From: an uncultured Ruminiclostridium sp.
GTDB taxonomy: Bacteria; Bacillota; Clostridia; Oscillospirales; Ruminococcaceae
DNA: 64,000 nt
Assembly (NCBI GenBank): GCA_905235805.1
Contig: CAJOMV010000084.1
Location: 5,354 to 69,353, forward strand
Direction: 5' to 3'
A model generated the notes under the pieces. It had not been told where the DNA came from. It worked only from the letters and a program-made list of their open reading frames with translations, and did not search any database. The translations under genes were made by a program, and so were the position numbers. Positions 21,464 through 30,934 of this stretch are shown piece after piece; position 1 is the stretch's first letter, and each line of letters begins with the position of its first letter.

Positions 21464-21502
21464 AAAGACGCTTGCCGGAAGGTTGTTCCGACAAGCGTTT
21501 TT
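21464..21502. terminator. Bidirectional terminator
   Basis: acgcttgccggaa...ttccgacaagcgtttttt between convergent genes. Confidence 0.7.
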
Positions 21503-21503
21503 A

Positions 21504-22034
21504 CTACATAAGCTCTCCGAGCTCGCTGTCGAAGTCGTCGAGCAGGAGCCGGAGCGCTGTGAAGCTCATAAGGGAGTATGGGTCAGCCTGACGGCTGACG
21601 GGAAGCTCGAGGGGCTGGATACTGCGCCCGGAAAGCGCTGTGAGGGAGCGGTTGAGGGAGATGACGAGGGTGCTGTCACTGCTGCCGGAAAAGGAGACTG
21701 TGGAGCGTGGGGAGAAGCCGCAGTCCACGGCAAAAACTCCGTTTTTGCGGACTGCGGCGAGCTGGCGCTCGTCCTCCGCGCTGAAAATGGCAGTGCAGTC
21801 GGGCGGGAGCTTGTCGGGAAGCGGAGAGTTGTTCTTCGCTATGACTATGGGGGCTGACGTGCCGGTGATGAGAGGGGCTTCGCAGTCGAAGCAGATAAGC
21901 TCATAGCCCTGTCCCTGCTGTGAGAAGGAGCTGCCGCGGATATATGTGACCGAGTAGGTGCGTGAGAGCACCGAGCGGATAAGGTGCTCGAGCGTCCGGT
22001 CGGAGGGGGTACCGATAATGAAGATCGTGGTCAT
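21504..22034 (-). CDS. Hypothetical protein
   Basis: 176 aa ORF with GGAG SD; no family recognised with confidence. Confidence 0.65.
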   Translation of the reverse strand: MTTIFIIGTPSDRTLEHLIRSVLSRTYSVTYIRGSSFSQQGQGYELICFDCEAPLITGTSAPIVIAKNNSPLPDKLPPDCTAIFSAEDERQLAAVRKNGVFAVDCGFSPRSTVSFSGSSDSTLVISLNRSLTALSGRSIQPLELPVSRQADPYSLMSFTALRLLLDDFDSELGELM

Positions 22035-22107
22035 AATTTCTCCGTAATTGATTGATTACACAATATTTTGTACGCTATGCAAAAAAATATTCGTTTTATG
22101 TAAAACA

Positions 22108-22141
22108 ATACCGCCCACCGTATAATTACGGCGGGCGGTAT
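22108..22141 (-). terminator. Intrinsic terminator
   Basis: ataccgcccaccgta...tacggcgggcggtat hairpin downstream of the TM2 gene. Confidence 0.7.
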
Positions 22142-22160
22142 CGTAGTCAAAGAGAATGAT

Positions 22161-22637
22161 TCAGACGAGTATCATACCGTTCGAATCAGCAGGTTTTGTT
22201 AAAGCTATTATAAGATCAACCACGGCGATAAGCGAAGGTACGAATGTCCAGCAGAAGAACAAATAAAGCAATCCCTGTCCTGTTTTACCGGCATAGAATT
22301 TATGTACGCCGATCCCTCCGAGAAACAGACATAACAGACAGTATGCTACTTTGCTTACAGCTTTGGTTGCATTCCCTGGAACATAAACATTACCGGGCTG
22401 CTGTACATTCTGATTGTTGTTCATATTGATATTTATACCGCCCGGAGGCATCTGATAACCCGTGTTATTGATCTCTTCGATTTTCGAAATAATTGTTTTT
22501 GTCTCTGTTTCAAATATTTCGATTTTGTCCCCTATATGCGGAACAAAGTTAAGGTCGGAAGCCCGTACCTCCTTTATACTTCCGTCGTCAGTTCCTATAC
22601 TGATAACATTTTCCTTGATTTCAAGTATTTTTGCCAT
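22161..22637 (-). CDS. TM2-domain membrane protein
   Basis: SKVAYCLLCLFLGGIGVHKFYAGKTGQGLLYLFFCWT is a TM2 signature. Confidence 0.88.
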   Translation of the reverse strand: MAKILEIKENVISIGTDDGSIKEVRASDLNFVPHIGDKIEIFETETKTIISKIEEINNTGYQMPPGGININMNNNQNVQQPGNVYVPGNATKAVSKVAYCLLCLFLGGIGVHKFYAGKTGQGLLYLFFCWTFVPSLIAVVDLIIALTKPADSNGMILV

Positions 22638-22654
22638 ACTTTATGACCCCTTCT

Positions 22655-23326
22655 TCATATTATTTTATCTGTTACAGTACCCCATATTATTGTTACCATA
22701 CCTAATATGAGCATAAAAACTGCAACAATCGGTATATCAAGTCCTGTTACATTGAGCGCAAAGCTTGATATAATGTCACCTATATCGTTATTGAGCAGCG
22801 AAGATACCTGTTTGGTAAAAATATATACATTATATGTCATTACCGCCCTCACCGACAGATAATATACGAGGCTAAGTGAACTGATCGCAGCCGCGGTATT
22901 TTTTATTGTACTTTTACTGTCATTGTGCTTTATGATAGCTCTTACAAAGAAAAACACCCCTGCTGCTATAAAAATAATAAAGAAAATGTATATGCAGATA
23001 AGAACGAGCCCTGTATATAAATTGTCACCACCAAAATTGAAAAGCACAGACCCATCACGAAATCCGTCAATAATGTTGATCGGAGACAGGCTTGCGTTGA
23101 ATTCGGTAAGGTTAAGGCTGAAGGAAGAAAGGATACCGAGCGCACTATCAAGCTGAGCAGCCTTGAAGACCGGGAAAAATAATCCGACAAATAAAACGAC
23201 GAAAATTATGTAAAATACTATGGCGATATTGTTTACAGGTGTTGAAGTGGATTGCAGACTTGCTCCACACTTTGCACAAAACGTACTGTTATCGTTATTG
23301 GGGGTGCCGCATTTAGGACAAAACAT
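22655..23326 (-). CDS. Zinc-ribbon membrane protein
   Basis: MFCPKCG...FCAKCG N-terminus followed by about four TMs; AT-rich. Confidence 0.8.
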   Translation of the reverse strand: MFCPKCGTPNNDNSTFCAKCGASLQSTSTPVNNIAIVFYIIFVVLFVGLFFPVFKAAQLDSALGILSSFSLNLTEFNASLSPINIIDGFRDGSVLFNFGGDNLYTGLVLICIYIFFIIFIAAGVFFFVRAIIKHNDSKSTIKNTAAAISSLSLVYYLSVRAVMTYNVYIFTKQVSSLLNNDIGDIISSFALNVTGLDIPIVAVFMLILGMVTIIWGTVTDKII

Positions 23327-23340
23327 AATTTACCTCCTCA

Positions 23341-23427
23341 TTAGAACAAATCGTTCTAATATTATATTAGCACAATTTATTCTAATTGTCAACTCTTTTT
23401 CCAAAAAAATAGCATAATATATTCTAA
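23341..23427. promoter_or_regulatory. Three 19-bp operator-like repeats overlapping a divergent promoter region
   Basis: ttagaacaaatcgttctaa (23341), ttagcacaatttattctaa (23367), atagcataatatattctaa (23409); TTGACA on minus strand at 23392-23387. Confidence 0.65.
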
Positions 23428-23464
23428 AAGCAATTATTTGTGATTGGAAAGGGTTGAGCTATTA

Positions 23465-23677
23465 ATGTATGAGCGAATAAGAAATTTGCGTGAAGACAAT
23501 GATTACAGTCAGATGCAGATAGCTGAAAAGCTTCACTGCAGTCAGCGAACTTACAGTTACTATGAAAACGGTGAGCATAATATACCGACGGCTACACTTA
23601 TAGCAATTGCCGATATATATAATGTATCAATAGACTATCTTGTCGGACGCACAGATATAAAGGAAATCAACCGATAA
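23465..23677 (+). CDS. XRE-family helix-turn-helix regulator
   Basis: RIRNLRED...SQ.QIA..L..SQRTYSYYENG...VSIDYLVGRTD. Confidence 0.9.
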   Translation: MYERIRNLREDNDYSQMQIAEKLHCSQRTYSYYENGEHNIPTATLIAIADIYNVSIDYLVGRTDIKEINR

Positions 23678-23784
23678 ACCGCATTTGGCGCCATTGTAAA
23701 CACTTGTTTACAGCAAAGTAAAGGGTTTTGTATTGATTTTTCGGAATGGGTGTGATATGATTTCAGGCAAAGGGGGGAGTGAAA

Positions 23785-25245
23785 ATGAAAATTCGCTTTA
23801 TAGAACCGGGAAATCTCCCGTACCGTATGTCCTTCAAAAACCTCTATGTCTACGACAAATATATCAGGACTCCGTCTAACGGGATAATCACACTCGCCAC
23901 AATATTGAAGCGGGAGTGGGACGATGTGCTGTGCTACAGCGAATCCATATCGAAGATAAAGTGGGACGATATCTATGACGCGGACATCGTGTTCATCAGC
24001 ATATTCACTTTCAGCGCCAACCGCGGCTATGAGCTCGCGGAGAAGATAAGGGCGCACAGCTCCGCGGTGATAGTGTTCGGGGGATTGCACGCGACGCTGA
24101 ACTACATGGAGACAATAAAATACTGCGACTATGTGACCCGCGGTGAGGGCGACGAGATGCTGCCGGAGTTTGTGCGCAGGCTGGAGCGCGGAGAAGTGCC
24201 GGAGCTCCCCGGGGTAGTATACAAAAAGAACGGCGAGGTCGTGGTCTGCGGTGAGCCGATACCGCCGACAAAGCTTGATGTTGTACCGGACAGAGATCTG
24301 CTGTACCGCTTCCGCAAAATGGCATGGCACAGCACGCTCTGGCCGCAGGTGCACGCCTCGCGGAGTTGTCCGCACAACTGCGACTACTGCTCGCTTGTTG
24401 CGGCGTTTGGGCGGAGAATGCGCACACGCTCGCCGGAGAACGTTGTGGAGGATATCAAGGCGGCTGTGGAGTTCTTCGGGAAGAGAATGCTGAATATCCT
24501 CTGGATAACGGACGACAACTTCTTCGCCGACCGTCAGTGGGCGATAGAGACACTGAACGCTATAATCGACAGCGGGATAAAGTACTCCTTCACGATACAG
24601 GCACGTTATGAGGTGGGGTTCGACGATGAGATGCTTGACCTTCTCAAAAGGGCGGGCTTCGAGGAGCTCGCCATGGGCATAGAGTTCCTTGAGGACGAGT
24701 CCTTTGAGAATTACCACAAAAAAAGCACCTACGGGGAGATACTCCGTTCGGTGCGCAATATCCAGCGTCACGGGCTCCGGACGCGGGGACTGTTCATATT
24801 CGGCGCGGACAACCACACTCCGGGGATAGGGAAGAGGCTCGCCGATTTTGTCATCGCGAACAACATAAGCGGCGTGCTTATCCAGTCGATGTACTTCGTC
24901 CCCGGTACTCCCGTCTATGAGAGCCACAAGGACGAGCTGATAAGCCGGGAGGACTGGTCGCGTTGTATCGGAAAGGTCGTGCATTACCCGAAAAAAATGA
25001 CCCCCGCCGAGCTGCAGCGTGAGGTCATTGAAGCGAGCCGCCTGATATACTCCAGGAAGCGGCTCATTCAGGCAATACTCCATAAGCGCGGCACCGAGAG
25101 GATACTCTTTATCGGAGAGTACTTCTGGCAGAAGGACGTGCGCCGTGACTTAAAGCGGGAGCTCAAGTTTCTTGAGAGCCTTGTGACTGTTGAAGAAAAA
25201 GGGTATTCCCGCCGAAATATTCAGCTTCCGTCTTATCATGCGTAA
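23785..25245 (+). CDS. B12-binding radical SAM protein
   Basis: GGLHATL...GEGD cobalamin-binding region, CPHNCDYC cluster motif, DDNF, PGTP; upstream TTGATT-N17-TATGAT. Confidence 0.88.
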   Translation: MKIRFIEPGNLPYRMSFKNLYVYDKYIRTPSNGIITLATILKREWDDVLCYSESISKIKWDDIYDADIVFISIFTFSANRGYELAEKIRAHSSAVIVFGGLHATLNYMETIKYCDYVTRGEGDEMLPEFVRRLERGEVPELPGVVYKKNGEVVVCGEPIPPTKLDVVPDRDLLYRFRKMAWHSTLWPQVHASRSCPHNCDYCSLVAAFGRRMRTRSPENVVEDIKAAVEFFGKRMLNILWITDDNFFADRQWAIETLNAIIDSGIKYSFTIQARYEVGFDDEMLDLLKRAGFEELAMGIEFLEDESFENYHKKSTYGEILRSVRNIQRHGLRTRGLFIFGADNHTPGIGKRLADFVIANNISGVLIQSMYFVPGTPVYESHKDELISREDWSRCIGKVVHYPKKMTPAELQREVIEASRLIYSRKRLIQAILHKRGTERILFIGEYFWQKDVRRDLKRELKFLESLVTVEEKGYSRRNIQLPSYHA

Positions 25246-25756
25246 CGAGAATGACCGTCCTTCCGGCGGTCTTCTCTTTTGTGTATGCCATAACAGTCTG
25301 CTTGGTGTCCTCGTCGAGCCCCTTGAACGGCTCGTCAAGAAACAGCACATCATACTCCGCCAGCAGCGCCCGCAGCAGCGTGAGCCTGCGCTTCATGCCG
25401 CCGCTTAGGCTCCGTACGGGCTTATCGGCGGCGTCCGCTAATCCGACCGCTTCGAGCTCATTGATGAGCTCGAAGCGGTTTTTGCTTTTTCCGAGGACGA
25501 GCCGCAGGTTGGACAGCGCCGACAGATTTTCACAGAGTCTGTTCTCCTGAAAGACGGCACTGTACCGCGTGCCGCCGCGGGTGACGGTGCCGCTGTCGGG
25601 GGCAAGTGTACCCATGAGGATCGACAGTAGGGTGGACTTCCCGCAGCCCGAGGCTCCCATTATGACGGTGAAGCTCCCGTCGGAAAAGTCGTGTGAAAAA
25701 CCGTCGAGGACTGTCAGCTCCCCGAAGCTTTTTATGATATTCTCTGCTTTCAGCAT
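25163..25756 (-). CDS. ABC transporter ATP-binding protein (NitT/TauT type)
   Basis: GASGCGKST, LSGGMKRR, LDEPF, VTHD. Confidence 0.92.
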   Translation of the reverse strand: MLKAENIIKSFGELTVLDGFSHDFSDGSFTVIMGASGCGKSTLLSILMGTLAPDSGTVTRGGTRYSAVFQENRLCENLSALSNLRLVLGKSKNRFELINELEAVGLADAADKPVRSLSGGMKRRLTLLRALLAEYDVLFLDEPFKGLDEDTKQTVMAYTKEKTAGRTVILVTHDKTEAEYFGGNTLFLQQSQGSQET

Positions 25757-25770
25757 ATCTCCGTTCCCCC

Positions 25771-26517
25771 TTACAGTCTCTCTATCCGCTTTGCGCACAG
25801 GTCAATGACAAGCAGCACCAGCTTTTCCGTGATGATGCTCAGTACGATGATGACCAGCGTCCACGCGAAGAGGTCGGCGGTCTCGAGATATATCTTCGAG
25901 TTATAGAGCATCTGCCCGATAGAGCCGCGGGGCGTTCCGATCACCTCGGCGGCGACTCCCGACTTCCAGCACAGCCCCACCGACAGCTTCACGGCGGAGC
26001 GGAAATAGGGCATTATCTGCGACAGGTAGATACCGAAAAAACGTCGCATGACCGGTACTCTGAATATCTTCCCCATTTCTGTGAGCTTCGGGTCAAGCGA
26101 GTGTATTCCCTCGAACACGTTGGAATACACCACAGGAACGGAAATCAGGAAGGTGATCAGCACCGACAGGTTCGCGGAGCTTATCCATATCAGGGCGAGA
26201 ATGGTGAACGACGCCACCGGCACCGCCTTGACCGCGGTTATCAGCGGGGCAAACAGCTTTTCGCAGAACACGAATTTCCCGCCGAGCACCGCGAGGATAA
26301 CGCCGGTCACAGTTCCGAGCGCGAACCCGAGCATGATCCTCCCGAGTGTGAACAGTACGCTCGGCAGGAATGCCTCGTCAGGCACAAGCTCAAAAAGCCG
26401 CTGTATCACCTCTACAGGCGAAGCCAGCAGCAGGGACTTGCCGACAGCCATAGCGGCGAGCTGCCAGACAACGAGCCAGAAAACTATTGCGCAGACCGTG
26501 AATATTTTCTTTTTCAA
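25771..26517 (-). CDS. ABC transporter permease (NitT/TauT type)
   Basis: Six TMs, WKSGVAAEVIG motif; TTG start 8 nt after GGAGG. Confidence 0.9.
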   Translation of the reverse strand: MKKKIFTVCAIVFWLVVWQLAAMAVGKSLLLASPVEVIQRLFELVPDEAFLPSVLFTLGRIMLGFALGTVTGVILAVLGGKFVFCEKLFAPLITAVKAVPVASFTILALIWISSANLSVLITFLISVPVVYSNVFEGIHSLDPKLTEMGKIFRVPVMRRFFGIYLSQIMPYFRSAVKLSVGLCWKSGVAAEVIGTPRGSIGQMLYNSKIYLETADLFAWTLVIIVLSIITEKLVLLVIDLCAKRIERL

Positions 26518-26536
26518 GCAGCTCACCTCCGTTTAA

Positions 26537-26572
26537 AAATTCCCCGCAAACTTCCACGGTCTGCGGGGAATT
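26537..26572 (-). other. Intra-operon stem-loop after substrate-binding gene
   Basis: aattccccgca...tgcggggaatt inverted repeat; position typical of an mRNA-stabilising or attenuating hairpin. Confidence 0.6.
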
Positions 26573-26595
26573 GCATTACTGTATTGCTTCAGGGA

Positions 26596-27717
26596 TCACC
26601 CGACGTAGTAGAAGTCTTCCTCGGGAAGCTTGCCGCCGACGGAGGACGCGAGGGAATTGTAAAGTACCTCGAGGTAGCCGGAGAGCTTATTTCTCATTTC
26701 CTCACCCTTGATGAAGGTGATATTGCAGGCGGGGAGAGCCTTCTTCGCGACAGCCTCGGGAACTATGTCATAGCTGCCTATGAGCGCGGCTGCGCCCTCG
26801 GTGTCGGAGTTGACGTGATCCACGGACAGCTCATAGTTTGTGAGAAAATCATCTGCTGTGCCGGGGTAGCTGTCGATGAATTCCTTCCTGCCGACTACAA
26901 CGCCTGTTATCATGGTGCTGCCGTTATCGAGCTTATCCCATTCCTTTGTGAGGTCGAGCGCCACGCGCAGACCCTCGTTCTTCATCATGGCTGTGGTGAC
27001 GAAGGGCTGGGGAAGCATCGCGATACCGCCGTTCTCGGTTATGGCGGTGACGCACTCGGCGTGCTCAGCCTTCCATTCTATGGTAACGTCGTCCTTTATG
27101 CCGTTCTGCTCGAGCAGGTAATTGAGCGCGAATTCGGGAGTGGAGCCCTGACCGCTCGCGTAAATGGTCTTTCCCTTGAGGTCGGCTATGGACTGTATCT
27201 CCTCGGAGCCGCTCTCAACGATGTAGAGCACGCCGAGAGTGTTTACCGCGAGCACCTCCACTTCGCCCTCGGTCTTGTTGTACAGTACGGCGGCGAGGTT
27301 CGCGGGAATGCAGGCGAAGTCCACCTTGCCCTGTATGATAAGGGGAGTGAGCTCATCGGGAGCCGCGTATATCTCGAAATCGTAGATACTGCCGTCGGAG
27401 TTGTCGCTGTCGTTCATGAACGATACAAGTCCCATGGCAGTAGGACCTTTGAGCGCGGCTACCTTCACCTGATCGGCAAGCGCCTCGGGCTTGCTCGTGT
27501 CATCAGCTTCGGTCTCGGGCTCGGTGACTGCTTCGGTCGCGGTAGTGGTGGTCTCGGCAGTCTCGGTGGCTGCTGCCGTTGTTGTGGTGGTGGTAGTTTC
27601 CAAGGCAGCGGTGGTCGTGGTCTCAGCGCTTCCGGTGCCGCCGTTAGAGCAGCCCGCTCCGAGCAGCATCAGCACTGCGGTCATTGCCGCGGTGAGCTTT
27701 GTTGTTGTCTTTCTCAT
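26596..27717 (-). CDS. ABC transporter substrate-binding lipoprotein (NitT/TauT type)
   Basis: Lipobox GAGC, Thr-rich linker, LKGPTAMG, NTLGVLY, LPQPF motifs. Confidence 0.88.
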   Translation of the reverse strand: MRKTTTKLTAAMTAVLMLLGAGCSNGGTGSAETTTTAALETTTTTTTAAATETAETTTTATEAVTEPETEADDTSKPEALADQVKVAALKGPTAMGLVSFMNDSDNSDGSIYDFEIYAAPDELTPLIIQGKVDFACIPANLAAVLYNKTEGEVEVLAVNTLGVLYIVESGSEEIQSIADLKGKTIYASGQGSTPEFALNYLLEQNGIKDDVTIEWKAEHAECVTAITENGGIAMLPQPFVTTAMMKNEGLRVALDLTKEWDKLDNGSTMITGVVVGRKEFIDSYPGTADDFLTNYELSVDHVNSDTEGAAALIGSYDIVPEAVAKKALPACNITFIKGEEMRNKLSGYLEVLYNSLASSVGGKLPEEDFYYVG

Positions 27718-27895
27718 GATAGTTTCTCCTTCTTTTCATAGAAAATGCGCCGGTGCGGCGTTCCTTCCGGAACACGCAAAGGCGCAAAATGCTCGTATTC
27801 TGTGCCTTCTGTCTCAGCCGCTGCTTTGACATCGGTGTATTTTCCGTTATTATCCTTGCGGTCGGGAAATAATGCCTTCCGCTCGGTGTACGGAT

Positions 27896-27924
27896 ATTAT
27901 AGCACATCGTCACAGAATTGTCAA
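27896..27924 (-). promoter_or_regulatory. Consensus sigma-A promoter of the ABC operon
   Basis: TTGACA-N17-TATAAT on minus strand, about 175 nt upstream of the ATG. Confidence 0.8.
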
Positions 27925-27950
27925 TAGATTTGTGCGCGTCGCATTATTTC

Positions 27951-27979
27951 TTGACAAACAGTTTGTATAATGATATAAT
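27951..27979 (+). promoter_or_regulatory. Consensus sigma-A promoter
   Basis: TTGACA(27951)-N17-TATAAT(27974). Confidence 0.8.
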
Positions 27980-28012
27980 TAACTGAATATGCAAAAAAAT
28001 ACGGAGGCTGTC

Positions 28013-29455
28013 ATGACTGATACGAGCAAACAAAAAGCCGAGATAATATATGAGCCGAAGAAGATAAATTACGGGGCGCTTCTGAACGACGACACGGTGG
28101 AATGGCTCGCGGCGATGCCGCTGCTGGTGCTTTCCACGATACCGCTCGTCGTTTTCGTGTTAAGATTTGCGGAGGAAAATTACGCAACGCTCCAGCAGTT
28201 TCTCGACCCTGTGAGGGTGCTTTTCTGCCTTTTCGCAGGGATAACGGCGCTGGTATGTATCGCGACAGCGGTGAGGGACAAGCAGAAGCCCTCCGCGATA
28301 ATAAGCGGGAACAAGCCGTTTCTTCTGTTCGCGGCATTTCTTCTGTTGATGCTGATATCCTATCTCGTTGTGGGCAAACCGTTCTTTGACGACCCCTTCA
28401 ATCATCTCGGGATAAACTCCTCGGAAACGCATATCATGTACATCATGTTCTTTACGGTGTACTTCTTTCTCGGTAGCAGGATACGATCCCCGAAAATAAA
28501 GGGACTGATAATACACTTCAATGTGCTGATATCCTTTATCATAGCGTCATTCGGGCTGGTGGACTGCTATATCGCCCCGTTAAGACCTTTCCGGCTCACG
28601 CAGATATGGGACGGCTGCTTCCCGGGAGTATGGAGCAACCCCAATCATTACGGCTACTACCTCACTCTGATGACACTTCTGAGCGTGGGAATGCTGCTGT
28701 ATGAGAAGGAGCGGAGCTGGAAGATCTTCGGACTTGTCTCCTCCGCTGTACATTGTGTCACCATGGTACTGAACGACACCTTCGGCAGCTATCTTGCGAT
28801 ATGGTTCGGGTTTGTGTTCCTCATTATCGTGAATATCATTATTTTCAGAAAATTTCCCTTACTGTTACTTATTCCCGCCGCTGTACTGCTGCTTGCTTCG
28901 ATATTTCTTCCCACATGGGCGGGAAGCATGGGACAGAATTTCGCGGCACTCGGACAGGACACCGTAAGCATAGTCAACAATGACGAGAACGCGGGTCTTG
29001 CGGGTAGTGTGCGCTGGACGCTGTGGCGCACCGCTGCCGAGGGTATAATGGAGAGCCCGATATTCGGTCAGGGTCTCGAGGGGTGGGCGGACATACTGTT
29101 AGAGCGCTCCACCACTGGTATCCACCCTCATAACGAGTATCTCCAGTACGCGCTGTTTTTCGGCATACCCGCCGCCTGCTGCTATATTGCGGGGCTTGTG
29201 GCGGTATTCCTGCGGGGTCTGTTCAATCGTAAGAAGCTGGACGGGCTGACGCTGATGTGCCTTGCTGCGGCGTTCGGTTACTGTGTTTCAGCTTTCTTCG
29301 GAAACCCGAAATTTTACACCGCCCCCTACTTCTTTATGATACTCGGCTTTGCGTACAATTATTGCCTCGCGGCAAAAGAAAGCACCGGCTCCGCGAAAGC
29401 CGCGGATACCGGCGCAGAAGAAGCTGCCGCTCAGGAGAACGTCGCGAATTCCTGA
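28013..29455 (+). CDS. O-antigen ligase/Wzy_C-family polytopic membrane protein
   Basis: About 12 TMs, NPNHYG, R..LW...SPIFGQG, HPHNEYLQ motifs; GGAGG SD before ATG 28013. Confidence 0.82.
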   Translation: MTDTSKQKAEIIYEPKKINYGALLNDDTVEWLAAMPLLVLSTIPLVVFVLRFAEENYATLQQFLDPVRVLFCLFAGITALVCIATAVRDKQKPSAIISGNKPFLLFAAFLLLMLISYLVVGKPFFDDPFNHLGINSSETHIMYIMFFTVYFFLGSRIRSPKIKGLIIHFNVLISFIIASFGLVDCYIAPLRPFRLTQIWDGCFPGVWSNPNHYGYYLTLMTLLSVGMLLYEKERSWKIFGLVSSAVHCVTMVLNDTFGSYLAIWFGFVFLIIVNIIIFRKFPLLLLIPAAVLLLASIFLPTWAGSMGQNFAALGQDTVSIVNNDENAGLAGSVRWTLWRTAAEGIMESPIFGQGLEGWADILLERSTTGIHPHNEYLQYALFFGIPAACCYIAGLVAVFLRGLFNRKKLDGLTLMCLAAAFGYCVSAFFGNPKFYTAPYFFMILGFAYNYCLAAKESTGSAKAADTGAEEAAAQENVANS

Positions 29456-30834
29456 GACCAGTAGTAGTAGGTATCGTTCCCGACCTTCAGCACGCTCAGA
29501 CCGAACGCCACGCATTCAAAGTCGGGGTTGAGTATGTTTTCTCTGTGGGAGGGCGAATCCATCCAAGCGCGGAAGACCTCCTCGGGTGTGGAGAACATAT
29601 TCCGTCCGTAGGCGATGTTCTCGCCGCAGAGAGAGTATGAGATGCCCGCGTCCTTGAACGCTGTGCTGAATCTTGAGCCGTCGGGACGGGTGTGGGAGTA
29701 GTAGTAAGTGAGCTCCTGCGTGCGCACCTCGCAGACCTCATGCACTTTGGCGGAGTACCACAGCTCATTCAGCCCTGCCGCGAGCCTTGCCTGATTTACA
29801 AGGGTGAACATCGTGAGGTAAATGGTCGAGTCATCGGAGAAGGTACCGCCGCCGACATTCGTGAACGCGGTCTTTTCGGTATGCGTTTCCGTAGTTTCGG
29901 GAGCGACTGTTGCGGTGGTAGTCGCGGAGGTCGTTGCAGTTGTGGTGGCGGAGGTTTCGGGAGTCGTAGTAGTAGTCGCGCGTGTTGTTGTCGTCGTGGT
30001 CGCACGGGTCGTTGTTGTAGTTGCCGCGGTGGTCGTGGTGGTCGTTGTGGTCGTGGTCGCGCGAGTGGTAGTTGTGGTCACAGGCGCCGCCGTAGTGGTC
30101 GTAGTTGTCGTAGCGGGAGCCGCGGTGGTCGTTGCAGCCGATGTAGTCGTAGCTGCCCGCGTAGTCGCCGATGTCGTGGTAGTCGCGGGAGTCGCTGTTG
30201 TGGTCAGTGTCGCGGTGATCGTGATGCCGGGAGCCTCGGTTACGGTAACGGAGGGCTGTGTACCGGTACCGCGGACGGAGCCCTGATACTGCTGCTGCGA
30301 GTAGGTAGCGTACAGCTCCGCGGAGGTCTGCACTGAGGTATCCTCGGGCATACGCTCCTGCACCTCGTTCGAGAGCAGCCCATTGCCGCTGCTGTCCGAC
30401 TGTCTGCGGGCAGTGGAGGTGACTGCCGCCGTGGTGGTGGTATGAGTTTCCGCTTCGGAGACGGCAGTATCATCGGCGCCGGTGGTGGTATCCGCGAACA
30501 GCCCATCTATATCAATGGGCGTATCCTCGGGAGAGGGCTTGTGTACAGTGAGCTCCTCGGAGTATGTATAATCGGGCGACAGACGCAGAGTAAAGGTCGC
30601 GAGCTCTTCCGCGAACATAGTCGCGGTAAGCTCAGGCTCCGCTTCGAGGTCGGTGGGCATATCGTTTCCGTCGTTGTACGCCACAGCGCCCTCAAGTATA
30701 TCGGAGAACACCACAGGCTCGGCGTCCGAGGCGTTCGAGATATTCGTGAAGAACAGGAAGGCGGCAAGAAGCGCGCTGCACGACAGCGCGGCGGTAAATC
30801 CGCGCAGCGAGTTTTTCTGTCTGCGTGTGAGCAT
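29431..30834 (-). CDS. Secreted CAP/SCP-domain protein with Thr-rich linker
   Basis: Signal peptide, long TTTT(A/R) tract, C-terminal VNQAR...SHTRPDG...GENIA...WMDSPSHRENIL. Confidence 0.88.
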   Translation of the reverse strand: MLTRRQKNSLRGFTAALSCSALLAAFLFFTNISNASDAEPVVFSDILEGAVAYNDGNDMPTDLEAEPELTATMFAEELATFTLRLSPDYTYSEELTVHKPSPEDTPIDIDGLFADTTTGADDTAVSEAETHTTTTAAVTSTARRQSDSSGNGLLSNEVQERMPEDTSVQTSAELYATYSQQQYQGSVRGTGTQPSVTVTEAPGITITATLTTTATPATTTTSATTRAATTTSAATTTAAPATTTTTTTAAPVTTTTTRATTTTTTTTTTAATTTTTRATTTTTTRATTTTTPETSATTTATTSATTTATVAPETTETHTEKTAFTNVGGGTFSDDSTIYLTMFTLVNQARLAAGLNELWYSAKVHEVCEVRTQELTYYYSHTRPDGSRFSTAFKDAGISYSLCGENIAYGRNMFSTPEEVFRAWMDSPSHRENILNPDFECVAFGLSVLKVGNDTYYYWSQEFATFS

Positions 30835-30934
30835 ATCTTGTCCCTCCTTTCAAAAACATACACTATATATTGTACGATAAAACTAAGCTTTTGTCAAGAT
30901 AAAATCATCATATTATTACGGAGGAAAAATTTTT

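Noticed and set aside
27718-27895. TPP, FMN or cobalamin riboswitch call
   Set aside because: Only fragments match (ggctgaga, ttcccgaccg); the other conserved blocks are absent
27989-28012. Leaderless start at ATG 27989
   Set aside because: A GGAGG SD precedes the in-frame ATG at 28013, which is the simpler start
29880-30250. Repetitive gtggtc/gttgtc tract resembling a tandem repeat or CRISPR array
   Set aside because: Encodes the Thr-rich linker of the CAP protein; no repeat-spacer structure and no cas genes
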